NCBI GenBank assembly: GCA_041640075.1
Contig: JBEQAY010000008.1
Location: 1 to 23,068 of the forward strand
DNA: 23,068 nucleotides
Direction of reading: 5' to 3'
DNA from: Candidatus Nanohaloarchaea archaeon
GTDB taxonomy: Archaea; Nanohalarchaeota; Nanosalinia; Nanosalinales; Nanosalinaceae
Part shown: positions 16,214 to 23,068 of the stretch, piece after piece
How positions within the stretch are numbered: the stretch's first letter is position 1
Layout: each line of letters begins with the position of its first letter
Made by a program: the position numbers and the translations under genes
The notes under the pieces: generated by a model
Seen by the model: the letters and a program-made list of their open reading frames with translations, nothing else
Told to the model about the DNA's origin: nothing
Databases searched by the model: none

Positions 16214-16229
16214 TTCGACCTGGGTCGAA
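16214..16229. promoter_or_regulatory. Palindrome downstream of padR and upstream of the lipoprotein promoter
   Basis: TTCGACC-TG-GGTCGAA, following a T-tract (16207-16212) and preceding TATA GTTTAAAC (16243-16250). Confidence 0.5.
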
Positions 16230-16272
16230 CATCTCCGACACGGTTTAAACAGTCCGGGCCATTTCCAGGTTT

Positions 16273-17049
16273 ATGATTGATACTTCTGGTTCGCGCGGAA
16301 CGGTTTTAGCAGTAATTGTGGCAGTTGTAACAGTTTCTGGATGCGTTCAGGGAAGCTCAACAAACCTTGAATCAGGTTTCCAGACCGATTCCACGGAAAC
16401 AGATTTCAACCGTTCAGGCTCCGAGATCTACACGGCAGCCCTGGAAAAAGCAGGTAATGTATCGGAGTACAGTGTCGAATCAGAGAACAAGATGGCGATG
16501 AACCTTCCAGTGTTCTCGGTATCAGTAAATATGACCTCTAAAGGGGATTTCCAGGAAGAGAACTCGACTATCAACACTTCGGGATCAATGACTTTTGGAG
16601 CATTCGGAAGATCCAACTCAACAGAGTTCACCTCAAGTGTAGAGACATCCGGCAACAGTTCAAAGATCTCGACAGGCGTAATGTCAGAGACCAATGCTAC
16701 CGAGAGACAGGCCTACAGCAGGGAAAGACTTGGAGTAACGCTTGAAGCACTTCAGGAGATAGAGCTCAGGAACGTCACACCACTCGGTGTAACCGGTGAC
16801 GGTGAAACAGTCCTGAAGATACAGCCTAACTCCACACAACTCATGAAAAACTCTGGAAACATCTTCGAAGTTCACTCACCTGTCCAGGAATCCACGGATG
16901 GACAGAGGATGGAGCAGGCACCGATATTCACCGAGATCAACGCATACCTGTGGATAGGAGAGGACAGCACGCCCGAAAAATTCGCGTACTACGGTTCAGC
17001 GAACAAAGGAGCGTTACAGGTAAGATCGGTGACAGATTACAGCTCCTAA
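16273..17049 (+). CDS. Putative lipoprotein
   Basis: Hydrophobic VLAVIVAVVTV followed by lipobox-like VSGC; S/T/N-rich, beta-like mature part. Confidence 0.75.
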   Translation: MIDTSGSRGTVLAVIVAVVTVSGCVQGSSTNLESGFQTDSTETDFNRSGSEIYTAALEKAGNVSEYSVESENKMAMNLPVFSVSVNMTSKGDFQEENSTINTSGSMTFGAFGRSNSTEFTSSVETSGNSSKISTGVMSETNATERQAYSRERLGVTLEALQEIELRNVTPLGVTGDGETVLKIQPNSTQLMKNSGNIFEVHSPVQESTDGQRMEQAPIFTEINAYLWIGEDSTPEKFAYYGSANKGALQVRSVTDYSS

Positions 17050-17052
17050 TTT

Positions 17053-17250
17053 TTATTCGAGGCTGAAAACTTCCTCAACTTCTGTATCAAAGAATCCTGC
17101 TATCTTTAACGCCAGCTCCAGGCTTGGGTCATATTTTCCGGTCTCGATGGCGTTGATTGTCTGGCGAGATACATCTACTTCTTCCGCTAGCTCTGCCTGT
17201 GTGATATCTTCCTTTTTCCGGAATTTTTTCAGCTGATTTTCTATCTCCAT
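17053..17250 (-). CDS. XRE/Cro-family small HTH regulator
   Basis: NQLKKFRKKEDITQAELAEEVDVSRQTINAIETGKYDPSLELALKIA...VEEVF. Confidence 0.95.
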   Translation of the reverse strand: MEIENQLKKFRKKEDITQAELAEEVDVSRQTINAIETGKYDPSLELALKIAGFFDTEVEEVFSLE

Positions 17251-17257
17251 AACTTTT

Positions 17258-17500
17258 TCAGTCCGACCTCAAACTTGATAGGCTTAGACTATTTTTCAAT
17301 CCTTTCTGATGGTAGTAGACCATAGAGATTACAAAGATGAAGAATGGTCCGAAGGCGATAAGGTATAGGTTCCAGTGAGATCCCCCTGTCTGTATTATTT
17401 TGTAAGCCCAGAAAGACATTGTGACAAGTGTGTAGGCGATAAATCCGTTTCTGGAGCTTTCCAGATGTATTCTGTTCTCTCGTTCGTCTCCCTGTTTCAT
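17258..17500 (-). CDS. Small DUF2178-like membrane protein
   Basis: DERENRI..ESSRNGF followed by two TMs; in an operon with the XRE gene. Confidence 0.65.
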   Translation of the reverse strand: MKQGDERENRIHLESSRNGFIAYTLVTMSFWAYKIIQTGGSHWNLYLIAFGPFFIFVISMVYYHQKGLKNSLSLSSLRSD

Positions 17501-17525
17501 ATTTTCTAATCATACCTCCAGAAAC

Positions 17526-17912
17526 TCATTTTCCACCCTCTCCATAGTTCTGGTAAAGCAGGTTCAGAGACAGGTACATTATGAAGATCCAGATGCCGAA
17601 TTCGAGGGTTCCTTCAATTACGGAGGTGTTAATTTCTATTCCTGTTCCTAGCGTGGCTACGAGCGATAAAGTAACTCCTATGTAGCCCCAGGCCATTCCG
17701 TGGGTGAGAATTTCCTGTTTTCTCTCATCCATTACAGCAGTTCCACGGCGGATATTCCAGACATTTTCTAGAACTACTGCTAAAACGCCGATTCCAGTAG
17801 CTTGCAGGAGATTAATCTCTATAAAGTTCTGCGAGATTACGAAGGGTGCTGCCGCGATGTAGGTGAATATCAGGGCATTCATCCTGAGAGGGAGAAGTTC
17901 CTCTGTTTTCAT
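17526..17912 (-). CDS. DUF2178-like membrane protein
   Basis: Two TMs, MDERKQEI, two TMs; ATGA overlap with the upstream gene. Confidence 0.7.
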   Translation of the reverse strand: MKTEELLPLRMNALIFTYIAAAPFVISQNFIEINLLQATGIGVLAVVLENVWNIRRGTAVMDERKQEILTHGMAWGYIGVTLSLVATLGTGIEINTSVIEGTLEFGIWIFIMYLSLNLLYQNYGEGGK

Positions 17913-18304
17913 TCAATCACCTTGTAACGCTTCAAGACTTCGATAATCATAGTAAGCGCCAGAATGAGTCCCCACGTCAGATAGTATGGTGCAACCCAGT
18001 CAGGGTAGCTCCAGCCTCTGAGGCCCATCCCGATAGAGATCACGATCATTACGACTCCAAGGAATGCTCCGGAAAGCATCACAGCCTGATGAGTTGACTC
18101 TTCCGCGATACTGATGTCGCGTTCATCGTAGACAGGTCTGTCGCTCGTCCTCTTGATCCATCCCATCGCCCCGACTGCTACGATTATTATTCCGGCCGCA
18201 AGTAATTCTCGATCCAATCCAAAGGCCGCTACTGAAAGTATCATTCCAATTAGAAGTACTCCGTGATGCATCTTCTTCGCCTTGCTCCAGTTACGTACAC
18301 TCAT
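17909..18304 (-). CDS. DUF2178-like membrane protein
   Basis: Two TMs, YDERDISIAEES, two TMs. Start ATG 18304 preferred; GTG 18313 is possible. Confidence 0.75.
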   Translation of the reverse strand: MSVRNWSKAKKMHHGVLLIGMILSVAAFGLDRELLAAGIIIVAVGAMGWIKRTSDRPVYDERDISIAEESTHQAVMLSGAFLGVVMIVISIGMGLRGWSYPDWVAPYYLTWGLILALTMIIEVLKRYKVIE

Positions 18305-18315
18305 AAATACCACAG

Positions 18316-18362
18316 AATGTAAATCATACTTGACATTTAAAAATGTAAAGGAGACTTTACTT
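18316..18362. promoter_or_regulatory. Two XRE-type operators flanking the TATA box of the DUF2178-XRE operon
   Basis: AATGTAAA-TCATAC-TTGACATT (18316-18337) and AATGTAAAG-GAGA-CTTTACTT (18342-18362), 26 bp apart, with TTTAAAA between them. Confidence 0.75.
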
Positions 18363-18426
18363 GTCTGGTTTTTATGTCGAGCCTGACAAGATAGAGGTAG
18401 AATTAGAAAATAGAAGGTAGAGAAGT

Positions 18427-19518
18427 TTACTCCTTCTCATCCAGCTTCTGCTGAACTTCACTTCTTATCGACTCCTTAACTTTCGGAACCTTGATCTCGC
18501 GCATAACCGGTTCGAAAAATCCTTTCACGACCAGTCTCTCCGCTTTATCGTCTGTCAGACCTCTGGACTCGAGGTAGTGCTGTTTGTCTTTCTCGACTGT
18601 TCCTGCAGCTGCTGCGTGAGAGGCCTCAACGTTCGGATTCTCGATCATCAACTTTGGAGAAGCATCTGATTCCGCCTTGTCTGAGAGCATCAGTGTTTCC
18701 TGGTCCTGGAAACTGGAGGTGTCGACTGCAGATCTTTCGACTTTCTGGAGGCCTTCGTACAGGCTTCGCGCTTTGTTATCTACTACGCTTCTGGAGTCCA
18801 TGTCGCATTTCGTGTTGTCTCCGATGTGTCGGACGTGCAGCGAGATGTCATGGTGCTGTTCTCCTGTAGGGTACCATACACCGGTCATCTCGGACTCCGA
18901 ATTATCTCCTTTTAGTGTGGTCTCAATCTTCGTCCTATTAAGATCTCCGTCGAACATTCCGTTCAGCCAGTTGATCGAGCCATACTTCTTCGTGATGGCC
19001 TTTCTTCGACTGTAGGAAAAGTTGCCGGGTTTCTCGACTGCACCGTACTCAACCGATGCGTTCTCCCCGACGTATATCTCAGTAAAGGAAGTATTGAAAT
19101 CTTCACTCTCGGTTTCCTCGGTAACTGTTACATCGGCGTTGTCTTTGACGTCGACGATAAGGTGGCTCATCACAGACCTGTCTTCACTGTACTCGATATG
19201 AAGCTCTGACTTGCCTGAAACTTCTGCATAGATCAGAGAGTTGATATTAGCCGCGTGAATTGCGTTCAACTTGTTCTCATCAGCCTTGATCAGGTCAAAG
19301 GCCTTATCGCCGGCCTTCTCCATAGCTTCCTCTCCGGTGAAAATCTCGACATCTCCTTCCGTCTCTATTTCAGCCTCTATACTTTCAGAACTCGTGATAC
19401 TGTCCTGGATGTCTTCAGGGTATCGTGTCCAGGTTCTTCCCGGTGTTCTGATTGATTCCGGCATGTCAAGGCCTTCGATATTCTCTGCTGATTCTTTACG
19501 TAATTTTTTCAGTTTCAT
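18427..19518 (-). CDS. sufD: SufD-family Fe-S assembly protein
   Basis: Beta-helix region, LMLSDKAESDASPKLMI..NVEASHAA and YLESRGL...AERLVVKGF. ATGA overlap with sufB. Confidence 0.9.
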   Translation of the reverse strand: MKLKKLRKESAENIEGLDMPESIRTPGRTWTRYPEDIQDSITSSESIEAEIETEGDVEIFTGEEAMEKAGDKAFDLIKADENKLNAIHAANINSLIYAEVSGKSELHIEYSEDRSVMSHLIVDVKDNADVTVTEETESEDFNTSFTEIYVGENASVEYGAVEKPGNFSYSRRKAITKKYGSINWLNGMFDGDLNRTKIETTLKGDNSESEMTGVWYPTGEQHHDISLHVRHIGDNTKCDMDSRSVVDNKARSLYEGLQKVERSAVDTSSFQDQETLMLSDKAESDASPKLMIENPNVEASHAAAAGTVEKDKQHYLESRGLTDDKAERLVVKGFFEPVMREIKVPKVKESIRSEVQQKLDEKE

Positions 19519-20918
19519 CCTAGGCTTCCCTCCATTTCTAACTGTATTAGCCGGTTTAGCTCCACGGCATATTCGAGCGGCAGTTCTTTGGCGATCGGTT
19601 CGATAAATCCTCTTACGATCATCTCCTTGGCTTCCTCCTCTTCTATCCCTCTGCTCTGCATGTAGTGGATTTCCTCGTCGCCGATTCTTCCGACAGTAGC
19701 CTCGTGAGCCATCTCTACATCGTCTTCCTTGATCTCAATGTAGGGCTCTGTATCCGAAGTTGCTTCGTCTGAAAACATCAGTGCATCACATTCGATTGAT
19801 GTTTTGGAGCCGTGACTCCCCTCAGGTATTCTTACAAGACCTCTGTAGTTTGTTCTTCCGCTTCCCTGTGAAATCGACTTGGATTCGATTGTCGACTTTG
19901 TATTCGGAGCATTGTGTACTACTTTTGCTCCTGTGTCGATATCCTGTCCATCGCCGGCGAAAGAAATCGTGATGTGGTTTGCTCGGGCTCCTTCGCCGTT
20001 CAGATGTGAGGAAGGGTAGAGCATCGTAACTTTTGACCCCATTGATCCGGAGACCCACTCCATTGTTCCTTCTCCGGAGACTTTGGCTCTTTTCGTGTTC
20101 AGATTGTACGTGTTTTTGCTCCAGTTCTGGACCGTCGAGTACTGTACGTGAGCGTTTTCCTTGACGAAGACCTCTACGCATCCTGCGTGGAGGTTGTTTC
20201 TGGTGTACTGTGGGGCGCTGCATCCTTCTATATAGTGAATAGTACTGCTTTCCTCCGCTACAATTAAAGTATGCTCAAACTGTCCCATACCTTTACTGTT
20301 CATCCGGAAGTAGGCCTGTACAGGGATTTCAACTTCAACGCCTTCCGGTACGTAGACGAAAGATCCTCCGGACCATACTGCGCCGTGGAGGGCAGCGAAC
20401 TTGTTGTCTTGCGGCGGTACGCATTTTTTCATGAAGTATTCTTTGACGAGCTCTTCGTGTTCTTGAACAGCCTCATCCATGTCGCAGAAGATAACGCCTT
20501 TCTCCTCCCACTTTTCTTTCATGTTCTGGTAAACTACTTCTGATTCGTACTGGGCTCCTACACCTGAAAGTGCTTCTTGTTCGGCATCAGGAATACCAAG
20601 TTTGTCAAATGTCTCTTCTATTTCTTCCGGTACTTCCTCCCATTCTTCTGCCTGTTCTCCTTCTGCTGTTTTGTAGTGAGTGATATCTGAGAAGTCGAGG
20701 TCAGAAAGGTCTGGTCCCCATCCTGGCATTGGACGTTTTTTGAAGTGGTGGAATGCTTTCAAACGCTTTTTCAACATCCAGTCTGGTTCATCTTTCTCCT
20801 CGGAAATGTTTCTGACTACTTCTTCTGTTAAGCCTTTTCCAGAGTCGTAGCTTATTTCTGTTTCTGTTATGTGGTTGAATTTTTCTTGGTTCTTCTGGAC
20901 TTTTTCTTGATCTGTCAT
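19515..20918 (-). CDS. sufB: Fe-S cluster assembly protein SufB
   Basis: GVGAQYESE, DNKFAALH, WSGGSFVYVP, GQFEHTLI, YIEGCSAP, TVQNWS, CDAL, HEATVG and ELPLEYAVELNRLI..MEGSLG. Confidence 0.97.
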   Translation of the reverse strand: MTDQEKVQKNQEKFNHITETEISYDSGKGLTEEVVRNISEEKDEPDWMLKKRLKAFHHFKKRPMPGWGPDLSDLDFSDITHYKTAEGEQAEEWEEVPEEIEETFDKLGIPDAEQEALSGVGAQYESEVVYQNMKEKWEEKGVIFCDMDEAVQEHEELVKEYFMKKCVPPQDNKFAALHGAVWSGGSFVYVPEGVEVEIPVQAYFRMNSKGMGQFEHTLIVAEESSTIHYIEGCSAPQYTRNNLHAGCVEVFVKENAHVQYSTVQNWSKNTYNLNTKRAKVSGEGTMEWVSGSMGSKVTMLYPSSHLNGEGARANHITISFAGDGQDIDTGAKVVHNAPNTKSTIESKSISQGSGRTNYRGLVRIPEGSHGSKTSIECDALMFSDEATSDTEPYIEIKEDDVEMAHEATVGRIGDEEIHYMQSRGIEEEEAKEMIVRGFIEPIAKELPLEYAVELNRLIQLEMEGSLG

Positions 20919-20925
20919 ATTATTT

Positions 20926-20942
20926 TTTTAGGTAGGTCTAAT
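20926..20942. promoter_or_regulatory. DtxR/MntR-type operator at the sufBD promoter
   Basis: TTTTAGG-TAGG-TCTAAT, 15/16 identical to the sufC site (TTTTAGGTAGGCCTAA), between TATA (CTTTAAAC, 20943-20950) and the sufB ATG (20918). Confidence 0.8.
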
Positions 20943-21003
20943 CTTTAAACTGGAATGGGTCCTTTTTGGAAATTGATTTATTTCTGCACGAGAAAAAATT
21001 GAT

Positions 21004-21621
21004 ATGGGGCTCGAAAAGGGGGAGTTAGTAGAGCTTGAGAGAGCTGTGTCTGCGGAGATACCGGAGCTGGAATCTTTTGAGGAACGTTACCGCTCAGCTG
21101 CTTCTGCATTTACTGAGGAAAATTTTCCGGGCGGAGCTGACAGTGTTTATAGTGGCTTGCCGGACAAGGCACAGGCTTTACCAAGATATATTGACCCGCC
21201 GCATGTTTCGGAATCTTATTTGATGTCTCTTTCAGATCAAGCTGCGTATGCCATAAATTTTGCAGAACTAAGATCTAAGAATCTTTCATGTGCTGTAGAG
21301 GAACTAGAGGAAGGAGATTACCTAGTTCTACACGCTGGTGAGAGGTCTGTAAGAAGTGACGAGCTGAGAGGTGTTCTTGAAGGTTATCAGAGTTCTCTTC
21401 AAGCTTTGGAGACTGATCTTATTGGCGTTGCAAGATTTCTAGATGCTTCGGAAGATCTGCCAGGAAGGCCGTTCAACGAAATGAAGCATTTGTACCAGAC
21501 GGGCGGAACACAGGATAGAAAAGCGGCTAAAAAAGCTGAATCTGACGAGTTTGACTTCCCTGTTGAAAACTACTGGCCGTTTGGCTCAAGAGAACCTGAA
21601 GGCCGAGAGCAACTTAATTAA
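21004..21621 (+). CDS. Hypothetical acidic protein
   Basis: 205 aa ORF divergent from sufB. No recognised motif. Confidence 0.65.
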   Translation: MGLEKGELVELERAVSAEIPELESFEERYRSAASAFTEENFPGGADSVYSGLPDKAQALPRYIDPPHVSESYLMSLSDQAAYAINFAELRSKNLSCAVEELEEGDYLVLHAGERSVRSDELRGVLEGYQSSLQALETDLIGVARFLDASEDLPGRPFNEMKHLYQTGGTQDRKAAKKAESDEFDFPVENYWPFGSREPEGREQLN

Positions 21622-21637
21622 AAAAGACTTTATACGC

Positions 21638-22042
21638 TCATACATTATTTTTTATACTGGATGAGGAGTGTTCTGTACCTGTATCAATTCTCTGAACTTC
21701 TACTTCTCTTTCAAGAGCTTTTTCTGCCATATTCTTTACTTCATCTACTGAGTGGTGCTGGTCATGGCCGAGTGTGATTATATCTGGAGAAATTTCCTTT
21801 ACTGTAGTGTATATATCTTCTTCTGAACCCAGAACCGCTCTGTCAACAGCTTCAAGGCTTCCTACAATCTCTTTCCTCTCGTCCTCGCTGAAAGCCAGAC
21901 TGTCTTTTCTGTCCTTTACTCTTGAGTCCCGGGAAATCACTACAACGAGTTCATCCCCTAGTTCCGCTGATTTCTCCAGGTAATGTATGTGACCTGGATG
22001 CAGAATGTCGAAAGTTCCCTGGGCCATAACAGTTTTACTCAT
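21638..22042 (-). CDS. ribL: Archaeal FAD synthase (cytidylyltransferase family)
   Basis: MAQGTFDILHPGHIHYL, ELVVVISRD, PDIITLGHDQ and SSSSIK. Confidence 0.85.
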   Translation of the reverse strand: MSKTVMAQGTFDILHPGHIHYLEKSAELGDELVVVISRDSRVKDRKDSLAFSEDERKEIVGSLEAVDRAVLGSEEDIYTTVKEISPDIITLGHDQHHSVDEVKNMAEKALEREVEVQRIDTGTEHSSSSIKNNV

Positions 22043-23067
22043 ATTTTCTCCTCCACTTTCTTCTCGTTGAAGAAGTTTTCAATCTCTTTCCAGGGCGCTC
22101 TACTGGATTTCAACTGTTTTTCTGACGGAAAGACTTTCCTGTAGTTACTCCAGTCGTATCTTTCATCCATGTAAACTATTACACCTCTGTCCTCTGAGGA
22201 ACGGATGCAGCGCCCTGCTGCCTGTATCGCACGGTTCATAGCCGGGAAACTGTAGCCATAGTCCCACCCACGCCCAAATTTTTCGTCAAGAAAGTCGATA
22301 AGCCCATTGGTCTCAATATCTGGTTTTTTAAGAGGAATGCCGGCTATGAAAACTGCTTTCAGCATCTCCCCAGGAAAATCTATTCCTTCACCGAAGCTTC
22401 CAGCTGCTACTCCAAGCAACGCTGAGTTTCCGTCCTCCTTCGTCGATGCGAAATCATCCAGTAACTCCTGTTTCTCCTCTTTATCCATTCTCCGTCCTTC
22501 AACAAATAACTGGTGGTCTGTATGATCTCTTAGAAGTTCCTTGATCTGATGCATCATCTGATAGCTCGGGAAAAAGACTGCTGAGTTGCCGTCCACTGCT
22601 TCAAAGCTTTTCGCCATGTACCACGCATATTTCTGGAGCATGTCATCGCCTCGCTCCGAATATTTTGAGGTGAGTGTAGGTACTACAAGGTTCAGCTCGT
22701 TTTCCTCGGGGAAAGGAGACTTGAAGGTCTCCTGCTCTGCCTCCCAGATTCCGAGAAGGTCTGCATACATTTCCTGAGGTTTCAGTGTAGCAGACATAAG
22801 TATACTTGACTGAGATTCGTTCAGAGGTTTTTTGGTTGATATCTGTGGGTCAAGGCATGAGTACTTGAGCTTGATGACTCTCTCATTCCCTGCTTTCCTC
22901 TCACGTTTCAGGAAACGGATAAATCCTCTATCATCGCCGTCCCAGCTTTCCAGGAACTCTGCGATGGATGCACAGTGACTCTGCTCCTTTTCCTCTCTTA
23001 CTTCCTCCGCTACTTCCTCTAGTGCAACTACCAGATCCCCGAGTTCCTGGATATTTTCTACCGGCTC
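22039..23067 (-). CDS. xpd: XPD/Rad3/DinG-family helicase, C-terminal part (5' end outside window)
   Basis: Frame stays open to the window edge. CLDP, ILMSATL (motif III), VFFPSY (IV), GSFGEGIDF (V), QAAGRCIRS.EDRG (VI) and DERY. ATGA overlap with ribL. Confidence 0.92.
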   Translation of the reverse strand, partial: EPVENIQELGDLVVALEEVAEEVREEKEQSHCASIAEFLESWDGDDRGFIRFLKRERKAGNERVIKLKYSCLDPQISTKKPLNESQSSILMSATLKPQEMYADLLGIWEAEQETFKSPFPEENELNLVVPTLTSKYSERGDDMLQKYAWYMAKSFEAVDGNSAVFFPSYQMMHQIKELLRDHTDHQLFVEGRRMDKEEKQELLDDFASTKEDGNSALLGVAAGSFGEGIDFPGEMLKAVFIAGIPLKKPDIETNGLIDFLDEKFGRGWDYGYSFPAMNRAIQAAGRCIRSSEDRGVIVYMDERYDWSNYRKVFPSEKQLKSSRAPWKEIENFFNEKKVEEKI

Positions 23068-23068
23068 C

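Noticed and set aside
17289..17513. 74-aa ORF with GGAGGT directly before its ATG
   Set aside because: Zero SD spacing and no motif, while the overlapping frame 17258-17500 encodes the DER-motif membrane protein. A 1-bp indel joining the two starts cannot be excluded without reads.
18390..18424. Repeated TAGA units downstream of sufD
   Set aside because: Irregular spacing; on the minus strand it reads as a pyrimidine-rich, terminator-like tract rather than a repeat array.
19515..20918. Intein in SufB
   Set aside because: The protein is 467 aa with contiguous SufB motifs and no insertion.
1..23068. CRISPR array, IS element, integrase or att duplication
   Set aside because: No regularly spaced repeats, terminal inverted repeats, recombinase motifs or second copy of the tRNA 3' end were seen by eye.

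Overview
Compact, gene-dense archaeal chromosome segment. The very acidic, Glu-rich proteins, moderate GC, tiny intergenic spacers and TATA boxes about 25 bp from start codons suggest a halophilic DPANN archaeon, probably Nanohaloarchaeota (inference). Contents: (i) tRNA-Gly(TCC), with a low-GC orphan ORF on its 3' side and a near-continuous run of six inverted repeats on its 5' side; (ii) box C/D methylation genes, an N-terminally shortened nop5 and fibrillarin, separated by an inverted Nudix gene; (iii) a full SUF Fe-S assembly set (sufB, sufD, sufS, sufU, sufC) on one strand but scattered over about 15.6 kb, with sufB and sufC sharing a DtxR/MntR-type TTAGG-N4-CCTAA operator; (iv) an ~8.3 kb block between sufD and sufS holding three regulator-plus-membrane/efflux modules (TetR with a split RND/MMPL pair and a COG1361 protein; PadR with MATE and a lipoprotein; XRE with three DUF2178-like proteins), each with a visible palindromic operator; (v) ribL and the 3' part of an XPD/DinG helicase. 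No CRISPR array, transposase, integrase or rRNA was seen. All product calls come from motif recognition by eye, not database searches.
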